Origin: an uncultured Chloroflexia bacterium
GTDB taxonomy: Bacteria > Chloroflexota > Anaerolineae > JAAYZQ01
Direction: 5' to 3'
DNA: 64,000 bases
Assembly (NCBI GenBank): GCA_963700285.1
Contig: CAVOXA010000014.1
Span: 64,001-128,000, forward strand
A model generated the notes under the pieces. That model had not been told where the DNA came from, did not search any database, and was given only the letters and a program-made list of their open reading frames with translations. The translations under genes were made by a program, and so were the position numbers. Every line of letters starts with the position of its first letter. Position 1 is the first letter of the stretch. Below, one piece after another: positions 1-10,932 of this stretch.

Positions 1-2
1 AC

Positions 3-704
3 CAGCCCAAGACCGTTGCGCCGCCGGACCTCATCGACGATCTGGAGGCTTATCTTCTGGGACTTGGGGCCAGCAGCGTGGGCTATACTCGGGTCCCGAA
101 GCGCTGGATCTTTCAGAACAAGGCCATCCTGCACACCTACGCCATTGTCTTGACCATGGAGATGGACAAGCCGCGCATCGAAAGCGCGCCCAGCCAGGAT
201 GGCCTGGAGGCCGTGCTGGAGATCTATCGGGATCTGGGCCGGATCGCGAACAAGGGGGCCGATTATCTGCGCCAGCGGGGCTATTCGGCCCATGCCGGGC
301 ATCCACTCATGGGCCTGGCCCTCTACCCGCCCCTGGCGCAAATGGCCGGGCTGGGCTGGTTGGGAGCCAACGGCATGATCGTCACCCCGGAACATGGCCC
401 GCGCGTGCGCCTGGCCGCGATATTCACCAGCATCGAGAATCTGCCCTTCAGCACCCGGAACGAGCACCAGTGGGTGGAGGACTATTGCGCCGCATGCCAG
501 ATCTGTGTCCGCAAATGCCCGGTGGAGGCCATCATGCCCGAGCCGCAGCGGCACGAAAACGGCCAGATCACCTATGTCAACAACGAGCGATGCTTTCCCT
601 ATTTCAGCGACTACTATGGCTGTTCGGTATGCATCGCGGTCTGCCCCTTTAGTCGCTCTACTTACCAGAGGCTGCAGCAACAGTTTGACAAGCCGGAAGG
701 ATAG
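3..704 (+). CDS. Reductive dehalogenase / epoxyqueuosine reductase (QueG)-like 2x[4Fe-4S] protein, 5'-truncated by the window edge
   Basis: Frame is open from position 3 (QPKTVAPPDLIDDLEAYLLGLGASSVGY...). Contains AGLGWLGANG...PEHGPRVRL and the Fe-S motifs CAACQICVRKCP and CFPYF-x6-CSVCIAVCP typical of RdhA/QueG C-terminal domains. Confidence 0.75.
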   Translation, partial: QPKTVAPPDLIDDLEAYLLGLGASSVGYTRVPKRWIFQNKAILHTYAIVLTMEMDKPRIESAPSQDGLEAVLEIYRDLGRIANKGADYLRQRGYSAHAGHPLMGLALYPPLAQMAGLGWLGANGMIVTPEHGPRVRLAAIFTSIENLPFSTRNEHQWVEDYCAACQICVRKCPVEAIMPEPQRHENGQITYVNNERCFPYFSDYYGCSVCIAVCPFSRSTYQRLQQQFDKPEG

Positions 705-1003
705 TGCATACAGGCCAGCTGCAGAGTCGGGGGTTGCAGGAAGTCCGGTTTGATCCGGAGAATTGGAATTCTGCGGAATCCACCGGGGTCAGAAGGCCAG
801 GCACCAAAGACGTGCCCTTCTCCGCTCAACTCGGCGTAACGCGCAATGTCAGATATTGGGATGTCGCGTGCTGGTGCCCGCTGATACCCGCGCTGTACGA
901 GTTCCAGGCAGAGTGGGCTTGGCCAGCAGGTGGATGGCCGGTGGTGTGTCCTCCGAGACAGTTGTTGTCTACAAGGCACTCGACTTTTGCGCGAGCGTGG
1001 TGA

Positions 1004-1681
1004 TTAGGTTAGGCCGTTCTCTGTGCCCCTGCTGCGCAGATTCAGGGCCAGAATGTAGACGCTGATGATCAGCACCCAACCCGGAAAGACCAACGTCACC
1101 CACAGGCTAAAGCTGATGCTCACCAATAGAACCAGTGCCAGCCCATAGGTCAGGAAAACCAGCCAACGCGGCATGGTATGGGTACGGACCCAGATAGTGC
1201 CCAGCGAGATCATGAACACACCCGCCATACGAATGGCATAGACATTGCTAATCTGCCACATGATCACCCGGCCGAAGGTGTACATGCCACTTTCGACAAG
1301 CTGAGCCGGTATGATGGCATAGGTGCTCAGCATGCTGCCGGCCACCGCCGCCGAGACAAACATCATGGCCAGGTACAGCAAGCCGCTGCCAAAGAAGACA
1401 CTCGAAAAGAAGCGGTCCTCATGCTCCCCGATACGGTCGCGGACCACGCCGATGAACCACAGAAAAGCAATGCCGGCAAAGGGCGCCAGGCTCAGGGCCA
1501 GGATAACCGTATTGGCCCGCTCCTTCAGCCACTCACCGCCGTCGGCCGGGTCAGCCGGGATGGAGATCCGCATGAGGCTGTAGGATATGCCGAGCAGCAA
1601 GGCGAAGAGTATGCCAGCTACGGCCGCGGCTCGGGGTGTCCTGAGTCGCCGGTCGGTCAAAAGAGGTACTTCATCGCTCAT
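1004..1681 (-). CDS. Conserved hypothetical integral membrane protein (about 6 TM segments)
   Basis: 225 aa ORF with regular hydrophobic segments; AGGAG SD-like sequence upstream. Confidence 0.7.
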   Translation of the reverse strand: MSDEVPLLTDRRLRTPRAAAVAGILFALLLGISYSLMRISIPADPADGGEWLKERANTVILALSLAPFAGIAFLWFIGVVRDRIGEHEDRFFSSVFFGSGLLYLAMMFVSAAVAGSMLSTYAIIPAQLVESGMYTFGRVIMWQISNVYAIRMAGVFMISLGTIWVRTHTMPRWLVFLTYGLALVLLVSISFSLWVTLVFPGWVLIISVYILALNLRSRGTENGLT

Positions 1682-1831
1682 CGCCCATCTCCTAATTGTG
1701 TCAAAACACAGATCTCTCCTCGGGTCAACCAGATCTTGCTGACAGCCGGTGCGTGGCTCCTGATGCCTCTACTGCCACACTGGAGCTCCAGGTAGGCCCC
1801 GGCTACACGGGCCAGCCCCATTAGGGTGGCA

Positions 1832-3645
1832 CTACGGTTGCGACGGTCGTACCCATTCGAGGTCACCCAGAAAGAGCGAGCCGCTCGGTGTCCTATCAAA
1901 CAGCAGCGCAATCTCGCCGATGTCGGCCAGATCGACCCCGTCGAAATCACTCAGCCTCCACCGGATGGTGGTCATGGGGACCGGGCCGGTGAACAATTCA
2001 CCGAAAAAGTCGTCTTCCTCCACCAATCCGGCGGGGAATGCCAGGGCCGGCTCGTCAGGCCGCGTTGGCACTGCGGCGGTATTGCCTGCGCGGTCGGTCA
2101 ACTGCAGGGTAAATGCCTGCGGGCTGGCCGCGGGGTTCAGCGGTGACAGCGGGTCTACAGCCGCGCGCAGGCTGAACGTCGTGTAACCGCTCAGGTCGCC
2201 CTCGCCCGCCGGCAGCGCAAAGCGCCACGCCCCACCCGGTTCGGCCCAGGAGACAACCGCCAGCGCCGGCTGGCCCGGTATCACCACGTTGACCCGGCGG
2301 CACGGCTCGCTTCCGGGCATCATGGCCGGGGTGTAGTGGCCTTCGGGGCAAAAGTGGGTCGTGATGCCCTCTTCTGTCACAGCGCCACCCACCAGGTTGG
2401 TCGCCAGTTCTTCCGCCGTCGCCGGCACCAGCAACGGCTGTCGGTCGACTGCGGCCGCCAGGGTTGCCACCCGTGCCGGCAGACCGTAAAGCTCGTCCGG
2501 CGCCGGGGCCTGGACGTCAAGGCCCAGGCGATCCGTTGCCTCACGCACGGTCTCTCGAGTCCTGGCTCCAGATCGTGGTCAGGAAATCGGCCGCATAGTC
2601 CACCAGAAAACCGCGCTGCACCCCTGGCTCCAGGATCGGCTCGCAGTCCGGCCGGCCCTGCACCGCGAAAGGGATCGTCCGGCAGGAGCTGGTTGAAGTA
2701 ATTGTGGTTGGCGCGCTCTAGCCAGGCCGACGTCGCCCATTGCGTCTGCTGTGGGGCCAGCCGTGCCGCTTCGTAGAAATGCTGCCCCTCCTGAGAAATG
2801 ACGTCACCGTCACAGGCGGGCAGAACGATGGCCATCGGTGCCGGGGAGCCGCCTGTGGGGTCGACCGCGGTCGCGGTCGAGGCGAGCAACAGCAGACCGC
2901 TTACAGGTCCATAGGGCCGGTTGGCCGTGGCGCCACCGTCATCGTCTAGCTGGCGCGCCACTCGCAGGCTCTCTTCGCCACCCTGCGAGTGGCCCACCAG
3001 GGCCAGGCGCCGCAGATCGGCCCGGCCCGCCAGATCCACGCCAAAGTCGTTGAGGCCGCCGGCTGCGGCTGTGGCCAGGGCTGCCCAGGTGCAGGTCGAC
3101 CAACTGCTGCAGCCGCTCGCCCGGCACCGGCTCGCCAAAGCCGAAGGTATTCTCGGCGTTGATGTTGAGCGACAGGGCCACATAGCCCCGCGCGGCCAGC
3201 TCACGCACCAGATACTCAAAGCCGCGGTAATTGGGCTGTTCCACTTCGGGGTCACACGGCCAGCGGTCCACGCCCATCTCGTCCACAGGACAGCCGGGGT
3301 GGTTGCCGTGCAAGATCACGACGACGGGGTAGGGCCCGCCTTCTCCGGACGGCACGGCGATGAGGCCGTTCAAGCGCACCGGCATGTTCCGGAAGTGGCT
3401 CTCCTCGGGGAAACGCTCCTGGACGATCGTCGCCTCGCCCAGGTTGTACTCGACCGCGGGGGGCAGGTCGACCGGACCTGCGGTGGCCGCGGCTCGACGG
3501 TCGGTGCAGAGGTAGGTGTCGCCATCGCCCCCTCGGTAGGGCGTGGTGGCATAGTCGACGGTGCCGGGGCTGGAACACACGCGCCCAACACCAGTACCAT
3601 CGTGATCAAGATCAGGAAACCGCTACCAAGCTTCTTTTCAACCAT
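1832..3645 (-). CDS. Secreted lipoprotein alpha/beta hydrolase (split by frameshifts)
   Basis: Pieces lie in successive frames: signal/lipobox (MVEKKLGSGFLILITMVLVLGAC), PVVVILHGNH, nucleophile elbow GHSQGG, CDGDV, ANHNYFN, and the C-terminal ORF 1832-2548. Confidence 0.7.
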
Positions 3646-3754
3646 TTCCTCCATCAATGGTTCAGGATGTCCTTTCTGCCGTCCGTGCGCCCGGTCGAGC
3701 CGGAACCGCACGGACGGCAGTGGACGGTTCGTAGAACCCGCAGACGCGGACTGC

Positions 3755-5586
3755 CTATGGCGCTCGCTTGGCGATGATGGCGATCTGGTCGTAGCAGATC
3801 GCATTTCCAGCGTGTCGCCGTCGATGCGGAAGGTGGCGGCCGTTTGCAAGGCTTCCAGGAACTCGGCCTCTTGTTCCATGACCCCCTCCGGTTCCGCGCA
3901 GAACAGGGACGTGCTGCCGGGTTGGTCGATCGTGATGTTGTTGCCGTTCACCTGATAGGACGCAAAGTAGTTGTTGCAGCCGGCGTTGCCGCTCATCTGG
4001 CCATCGGTGCCAAAATCGAGGGCGATGCCGCTGTCGACGAGCAACGTGACGAGCGCCCCGCGGCCGTTGTTGTAGTTGATCACCTCCCAGCGCGTTCCTG
4101 CCAGGGGATCGGGCACCGGCGATGGCACTACGGTCGGCGGCGGACCCGCCACGTTGATGGTCACCTCACGGAAGGTCGTCGAACCGTCGCCCAGCAGGAC
4201 GCGCATCTCGTAGGTCGTCGTGGTGAGTTGGGCAGACTTGCTCGCTACCCTGGCCGGTGCGGGGGAAACGATGGTATCGCTCACCCTGGGGATAGACCCA
4301 CACCGCCTGTACATGTTCCACCGACCAGCGGAGCGCCGTGCACTGGCCCTGCTCGATGTTCGTCCGATCGGCCCAGAACGAGATCTGCGCCGTGGGCGGC
4401 GCCGTGGGCGACGGTAGGGGCGTTGGCATCGCAGTAGGTGGCGGGAGCGGGGTTGGCGCCGCCGTGGGTGGCGGGGGAGGTGTTGCTGTAGACGGTGGTA
4501 CAGCCGTTGGCGGCGCTCGGTCGGAACGACAGCCGGCGGCGGCGCCTCGATCACCGGGACGTTTTCCACGTTCATGGCCAGCACAAGATCCGCCGATACC
4601 CAGCCGACGCCATCCGGCGCAGAGGGCAGGGAGACGGCCCACCAACGCCAGTCGGCGTCCCGGCCGACGATCTCGCCCTCGTCGCCGTCTCGGGCAAAGC
4701 CGATCACCGGATAGTCGACGCCCGGGCCTGCATGGATATTGACGCCCTGCGGCGCAGTCACGCGGGCCCAGGGTGCAGTGGGCAGCGGTGGAGGCTCTGG
4801 CAGATCCACGGCGGTCTTGCGTGTCATCATGACGGCGATCTGATCGGCGGCCGTGCGCATCTCCAGCATGTCGCCCTCGATGCGATAGGTCGCCGCGCTC
4901 TGGAGCGCAGCCAGGTACTCGCTCTCTTGCTCCATCACGCCGGGCGGGTCAGCGCAGAACATGAACGTCGTGGCAGCCCGGCCGATCTCGATGGCGTTGC
5001 CGTCGACCGAGTAGCTGGCAAAGTACTGGTTGCAGCCGGCATTGCCGCTCACCTCGCCCTCGCGCCAAAGTTGGCCGAGATCTCTGTGCCCAGGTGCAGG
5101 CCCACCACGGCCTCCCGGCCGTTGTTGTACGAGATCACGTCCCATGCCGAATCGGCCAGGTCCTGTGAAGCTGGCCACAAAGGTCGCCAGGTTCTCATTG
5201 CCGGCGCGCAGGATCAGTTCCTCTTCGCTTACGGTGAATCTCGTGGTCTCGGCGAGCGCGGCCATAAAGGCCGTGGCCTGGTCCATGACCGGCTCAGGAC
5301 AGGCCATCATGGTCAAAGCCCCGGGCTGGTCGAAGGTGAGCCTGTCGCCGCGCTGGGAAAAGGTGGTGCGGAATCGGTTACAGCCGTCCGACCCGGATGC
5401 GACACCGTCCGGGCCAAACTGAAGGGTTACGGTCGTGCCGGGCAGGGGCACATCGCCGCCAAGCGAGCTCAACACCCAGCTTGTGTCGACCAGTTCGGCG
5501 CTGGCATCCTGTCTGGGTATCAGTTGGCACGCCAGCAGCGCCAGCAACACAAACCCCAGCAGTCCAACTTTGGTGATGGTTCTCAT
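3755..5586 (-). CDS. META (HslJ-like) domain lipoprotein: 3 META domains, an SH3b domain and a Pro/Thr linker (split by frameshifts)
   Basis: Lipobox LALLAC; three G-x-x-GCN motifs (GSDGCN, GNAGCN, GNAGCN) each followed by T-x-x-x-C..VM(D/E)Q; SH3b-like VNIHAGPGVDYPVIG...GWVSADLV. Confidence 0.8.
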
Positions 5587-5722
5587 CGATTTGACTCCTT
5601 CCTTGGGGGCCTGCGGTCCGTGGCTTTCGCCTGGGACCGCCAGTCCCTGTCATGGACTATTGTTGCCATTGCCTATCTCCTTTCACTGTTCTTGCTCAAA
5701 ATGGCAAGAGTGCACTTTTCTC

Positions 5723-5981
5723 CTACGACTCGACCGGGACGTACTCGACCGATATCACGGGCAGGCACAGGCTGTAGAGCACGTCCAATACACCTGCCAG
5801 GGCCGCCTGATCCAGCAACCTGCCCTTCCAGCGTTGTCACCGGGCCTTGCTCCAGCGTAGCCGTTGTAGAGATTACCATTCCGCCCAGACGTGGGGACCA
5901 GCTTTCGTCCAGTTGTCCCTGGACCCGTATGCGATAGGTCGCTGGTTGGTGCAGACTGAGTCTTCGACCGCTACTTGTCAT
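5723..5981 (-). CDS. Small conserved hypothetical protein (YRIRVQGxLD...DQAAL family), one frameshift
   Basis: MTSSG..YRIRVQGQLDESWS..TTLEGQ continues after a frameshift near 5818 as LDQAALAGVLDVLYSLCLPVISVEYVPVES*; AAGGA SD upstream. Confidence 0.65.
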
Positions 5982-6093
5982 TCCTTTATCCCGTCGCAGT
6001 AACCAGGTTCAGAACGGACCTCCGGCGGCCTGGCTATGGACTCTGACATCCAGGCTGACACTGTGTGGATAGCCTGGGCCAATGCCGCCACCA

Positions 6094-6152
6094 ACTATAC
6101 TCCGTCGCGTCGGCGAACACAACCCCCAGAATGAAGTAGATTCTGAGTATCT
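6094..6152 (-). promoter_or_regulatory. Sigma70-like promoter with conserved upstream operator (copy A)
   Basis: Minus strand reads AGATACTcagAATCTACTtCATTcTGGGGg-TTGTGT-N17-TATAGT; aligns without gaps to 17066-17124. Confidence 0.7.
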
Positions 6153-6286
6153 TCGGGTAGACGGTGTGCGGATTGTCTGTGGCGAATGCAAGAGCTGGAT
6201 CCGCCCTGCTCTGCGCCAACGACTGGACAAAGCACCAGGAGCTTGGGGCATTGGCCAGAGTCGCGGGACTACCCAGCCCCATGCCC

Positions 6287-7728
6287 TCAATGCGATGTCT
6301 CCTCGAAATCCCGGGCCTGCACCTGCAGGTTGACGTTCTGGGTCGGAAAGGGTGACTCGATGCCGGCCTCGTCCAGGGCATGCTGCAGGGCGGTGTGGAC
6401 GCGATCGACAACGCGCCGTGTGTCGACGTACGACTCGATCCACCACCGCACGCGAAAGATCATTTCCGAATCCCCCATCTCGTTGTACAAGGCATCGACC
6501 GGCTTGTCGGGCAGCACCCCCTCCACTTGCTGGACAGCCTCGATGATGACCCGGCGCGCAGTCTCGATGTCGGTGCCATAGGCGATGCCCACGTGCGTCT
6601 CGATCCGGTAGCGGGGGTCGGGATAGGTGTAGTTGACCACCTGGTTGGCGCCGATGACCGAGTTGGGCACGATCACCATGCGGTTGTCGCGGGTGCGGAT
6701 CCGTGTCGTGCGCAGGCCGATGTCGGTCACGTCACCCCAGGTACCCACGCCCTGGATCTCGATGCGATCGCCGATACGGAAAGGCCGGTCGACGAGGATG
6801 ACAAAGCCGGAAATGGCATCGGCAATCGTGTCCCGCGCCGCCAGGGAGAAGGCCAGGCCGCCCAAGCCCAACGCCGTGGTCAGGGCGGTGATATTGATGC
6901 CAAAATGGGACAGCAGTACCGTCCCGCCAATGATGGCAACCACCACGCGCCCCACCCGGACCAAGAGGGTGATGACAGGGGCAAGCTCTTCCCGACGCCC
7001 GGTCTCCACTGCTCGCGCCGTATACCATCGATCGGCCAGGTCGAGTCGCCCGCCACAGGATGCGGAAGGCCAGGACCAGTATCAAGACAAAATAGATATC
7101 CAGCAGCAGGATTTTGAGTCCGGGCCTCAGAAAGCTCAGCCGGACCGTGGCGAAGCGGAGGACAAAGAGGACAACCAGCCAGCGCAGTCCGGGCCCTACC
7201 TGTTTCAAGAAGGCGTCGTCGAACTCGGTTTGGGTGCGGCGGACAAAGTATGGCAGAATCTTGAGAGCCAGCCAGGTACCCAGCAGATAGGCGGCCAGCA
7301 CAAAGAGCAGAGAGAGGCCCAGGTTGATCCACTCGGGTGCGCGTAGTCCGAGAAACTCGGTCCGGGCCAGCCCGATCTCAGCAGCCAGTTCTTCTACCCC
7401 ACTGACGATCAGTCCCGGCGTGGCGCTGGGAACTGGCGTCCGTGTCTGGACGATGCCCTCCAGTAGGGGGACGGCCGTCGGCTCCGGTTCGCCCCCCTCC
7501 TCTGTACCCTCGGACGTCGCACCCTCGGCCGGAATGCCGCCTGTGCCTTCCGGTGTGACCTCAGCGGCTTCCAGGCGCCGGGCTTGGCGTGGCCTGTGGG
7601 CTCTCTAACAGAAGCGTTGCCTCGGGCAGAGGCTGCGGCTCCGGCGTTTGAGCGAACACCGCTGCCGGGCTCGCAAACAGTAGCCCAATCAACAGGCCCA
7701 GGGCCAAGATCGATTTCTTATGCAGCAT
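6287..7728 (-). CDS. mscS: Small-conductance mechanosensitive channel family protein with N-terminal extension (split by frameshifts)
   Basis: GLGGLAFSLAARDTIADAISG..LVDRPFRIGDRI..GDVTDIGLRTTRIRTRDNRMVIVPNS; the upstream part starts MLHKKSILALGLLIG at 7728 in another frame. Confidence 0.8.
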
Positions 7729-7862
7729 CTGCTTCACACCTCGACAAATGATGCCGGATGGTGCAGCTCACCCGGAGAAGACCTTCCGCCACTCGCGACT
7801 CATTCCGAAAACCGATGTCCTTCACCTTACCCTCTGGGTTATCTTTGCGGCCAGAATCGCCC

Positions 7863-8651
7863 TCAAGGCGCGGGCACAGCGAACTGTCTCTGCAGCTCCC
7901 ACAATGCTTGCTGACTGACAGTAAGTGCGCCCCCTTGCGACCGGTCGAGGTCGGCGATCAGGATCAGAGCCGCAGCCAGCGCCAGCGCAAGGAGCACGAT
8001 GGCGATAGCGTTCCTACTGCCGTCCGCACTACTGACGAGACCCAAGAGAAAGAAGGTCAGCACAGTGGTGGCATACAACACCAGCCACAGGAGCGGTGAG
8101 AGACGCAGGGTTAGGATGGCTGCCAGCCGCTGGTTATGGGCATCGATCATATGTCTGACTGCATCACCGAAAGAGCGGACCGTCGCCGAGTCCGGACTCC
8201 GGCTGGCCTGGCTCTCGAGGATCGACCACAGTTCGCTGTGAATCTCTTCGGAACGACCCACGGCCTCTTCCAATGCCAGTTGCGCTGCATCCAGGGCAGC
8301 CAGGCGTAGATCGACGTACTCGCGCAAGAGATCACGCACCGCGGTCCGCTCTGGCTCCTCGAGGAAGCCAGCCTCGAGATAGCTCGATTCGATGGCATTG
8401 GCGTCGGTGATCACGAGTTGCCGGCGTGTATCATAATGATCGACAGCGATTCCGATCGAAAAGGCTAGCAAGAACCCCAGCAAGCCCAGCAAGCCGGCCA
8501 CAACTGCAGCGGTCACCGAGCCCTTTAGCGAAGAAGGATCACGGCGCTGGAGCCGAAGGCCGAGGCGGAAACCAATCTCGGTGACCAGTAGCACCAGACC
8601 TACCGTGAAGAGATAGATCACCCAGATCGGTATTCGATCGAGCATGGACAT
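7863..8651 (-). CDS. DUF4239 / bestrophin-like membrane protein
   Basis: LLGLLGFLLAFSIG..YDTRRQLVITDANAI..and DLDR..G.L.VSQQ motifs; 4 TM segments. Confidence 0.7.
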   Translation of the reverse strand: MSMLDRIPIWVIYLFTVGLVLLVTEIGFRLGLRLQRRDPSSLKGSVTAAVVAGLLGLLGFLLAFSIGIAVDHYDTRRQLVITDANAIESSYLEAGFLEEPERTAVRDLLREYVDLRLAALDAAQLALEEAVGRSEEIHSELWSILESQASRSPDSATVRSFGDAVRHMIDAHNQRLAAILTLRLSPLLWLVLYATTVLTFFLLGLVSSADGSRNAIAIVLLALALAAALILIADLDRSQGGALTVSQQALWELQRQFAVPAP

Positions 8652-8654
8652 CTC

Positions 8655-9539
8655 TTATACCTCGGAGGCTGGCGTTGGCTGTGCCTTTGAGCGTCTGCCC
8701 AGCTCACCAGCAGAGACCATCAAGACGGCGAGGCCCACCAAACCAAGCGCCAGGACCATCATAATCACGTCCGGATCCTCGGCAAAATTCGCGGCGGCAA
8801 CGACCAGGGCTGCTGCCAGATTGCGTTGGGCGGTACCCAAGCCCAGCACCGAGCGAGTGTGTGCCTCCTTGCCGCCCAGAAAGTAGCCAATGACAAACGC
8901 CCCCGCCAGGAATAACAGCGCGGCGATAAACCCGCCCGTACCGATGATGGCCAGCATGGCGCTCAGGTTCGCCAGCAGGCCCGCCACCAACAGCAGGACG
9001 AGGGCAAAGGTGGAGGCCTGCGCCATGTAGGGATAGAGCTGGTCGGCGGTTGGGGCGTAGCGCGCCTTCATGAATAGACCTAGCGCCAGCGGGATCAACA
9101 TCAGAACAATGAGCGAACGGGCGATAGCCCAGGGCTCGACCGTCACACCCCGGATCAGAAGCGGCAGCACGATGGGCATGTAGAGCACGGTTGTGACCAT
9201 CAACAGCACCATCAAGCCGACCGACAGGGCGATGTTGCCCCTGGCGGCCTGGGCCAGCTTGGGCAGAAAGGGCGCCCCGGCCGCGGTAGAGACCAGGATC
9301 AACCCGACACGCAAGCCATCGCCGAGCGGGATGATCCGGCCGATCAGATAGGCCAGAAGAGGCACCAGCACGAAATTCGCCAGCAAGGCCAGGAGCACCA
9401 GGCGAGCGTTACGCAATGGCGCTATGATCTGGGCAACGGTGAGACTCAGGCCCATGGCCAGCATGCCGGTCACCACAAAGACCAGCGTCGATAAATTCAT
9501 GATAGCCGTCAGAATTTCATCCATGTCCCCGGTTTTCAC
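8655..9539 (-). CDS. Bile acid:sodium symporter (BASS/SBF) family transporter
   Basis: MLAMGLSLT, LLANFVLVPLLA, AGAPFLPKLA, GTAQRNLAAALVVA; about 9-10 TM segments. Confidence 0.85.
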   Translation of the reverse strand: MKTGDMDEILTAIMNLSTLVFVVTGMLAMGLSLTVAQIIAPLRNARLVLLALLANFVLVPLLAYLIGRIIPLGDGLRVGLILVSTAAGAPFLPKLAQAARGNIALSVGLMVLLMVTTVLYMPIVLPLLIRGVTVEPWAIARSLIVLMLIPLALGLFMKARYAPTADQLYPYMAQASTFALVLLLVAGLLANLSAMLAIIGTGGFIAALLFLAGAFVIGYFLGGKEAHTRSVLGLGTAQRNLAAALVVAAANFAEDPDVIMMVLALGLVGLAVLMVSAGELGRRSKAQPTPASEV

Positions 9540-9573
9540 CCCTTCTGCTGAATAGCTGTCTCAATGGATGTCC

Positions 9574-10833
9574 TCACCTTGGCCCATTTCCAGCCTGGCG
9601 CGATGTGTCAAACACCACCTGGTCGTACCACCAGAGCCGCTCGAAAAAGGCGTTGGCGCCCTCCAGGGGCCTCTGGCGGCTGGCACCGGTCGTCGTGCAA
9701 CAGGTGATTTCCTCAATCGTGTGTTCACCGTCAATTGCGTCGTACCAACGTTTCTCCTGTGCGGTGACCGGCAGAAAGAGATCGGGATCGGTGTGGGCCT
9801 GGTTGATCAGTACCGCAGCGGTGCCAGGGGGCAGCCGCTTTTGGACGCTGATCGTCTCCGAGAGGCGGACGGGCAGATAGCGCTGCGAGTGGTCGCCGTC
9901 GAAACGGAGTGGCCGGTTGTCGCCCGGCCGGTCATCCCGGTAGGCAATCAGGCTGTGGCGTAGCATCGTTCCCCGGAACAGTTCGACCGCTGCGTACTGC
10001 TCCCGTGGCGGCAGCGCTGCCAACCGGGCGGAGTGCGGCGTTCCGGCCGGCGCGCCGCACCAGGGCAGATAGGGAGCCTGCCGAACCCAGCGCCCAAAGG
10101 CCAGGCCGCAGCGCTCGATGAGATCCAGAAGCTGCGGCACAGTGTAGGCGCGATCCTGGGGGTTGAGCAGCGCATCCGCCAGGGCATCCTTGCGCTGGAA
10201 ATCCGGCGACTCGCCTAACAAGCGCGCCAGCGGATGTCCGTGTGGTAGGGCCATGAGCGCCATCGCCAGATCCTGGATCTCTGCCTCGGTATGCCCGATC
10301 CCCAGCCGGCGGCAGTATTCCTGCAACATGTAGACGCCAGCCCGACCGTAGGCTGCGTAGACCATGAGGTGCATGGCGCCATCTGGCTCGAGGACCTCGC
10401 GCAAGGCGCGCAGCCCCTCCCCTGGATCGGGGAGGTGGTGCAGCACGCCCGTGCAGACGATCTTGTCAAAGCGGCGTCCCAGCTCGCCGACACGCTCAAG
10501 TGGCAGTTGATAGACCTCGAGATTGCTCAGATCATGTTTGCGTTTGAGCGCCTGTGTGTGGCGGACGCTGGTTGCACTCACGTCGATGCCAACCACCCGG
10601 GAGAGGGGCTGGCGCAGGGCATGTTTCGCCGCCTGAGATGTACCACAGCCAGCGACCAGAACCTCCAGGTTGGCGCGGTAGGCTTTGTCTGGCCAATGCA
10701 GGTGGTAGTCGGCACAGCGTCTGCCCTCGTCCTGCCAACGCCGGCGATACCCCTCGAGGTCGTCAACTGGCGGCGGATAAGGGTGCAGGTCGTAGAAGGC
10801 CCGCACGGCATCCAGAGTGATGTGGCTTCTCAT
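9574..10833 (-). CDS. Class I SAM-dependent methyltransferase
   Basis: VLVAGCGT motif I, GIDVS, FDKIVCTGVLHHLPDP; N-terminal YDLHPYP. Confidence 0.85.
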   Translation of the reverse strand: MRSHITLDAVRAFYDLHPYPPPVDDLEGYRRRWQDEGRRCADYHLHWPDKAYRANLEVLVAGCGTSQAAKHALRQPLSRVVGIDVSATSVRHTQALKRKHDLSNLEVYQLPLERVGELGRRFDKIVCTGVLHHLPDPGEGLRALREVLEPDGAMHLMVYAAYGRAGVYMLQEYCRRLGIGHTEAEIQDLAMALMALPHGHPLARLLGESPDFQRKDALADALLNPQDRAYTVPQLLDLIERCGLAFGRWVRQAPYLPWCGAPAGTPHSARLAALPPREQYAAVELFRGTMLRHSLIAYRDDRPGDNRPLRFDGDHSQRYLPVRLSETISVQKRLPPGTAAVLINQAHTDPDLFLPVTAQEKRWYDAIDGEHTIEEITCCTTTGASRQRPLEGANAFFERLWWYDQVVFDTSRQAGNGPR

Positions 10834-10932
10834 ACGACGATTTCCCCAGTCGCCTGTCGCCTATCGCACGAGCTGCGGGAACCGCAGGTGCAACGCACTA
10901 TGATGCGTTGCACCCGACAGCCACCCCGTCTG

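Noticed and set aside
3370-5586. 738-aa ORF as one real protein fusing the META lipoprotein to the hydrolase N-terminus
   Set aside because: It passes through out-of-frame stretches and joins two genes only because of frameshifts; the natural META stop is at about 3755.
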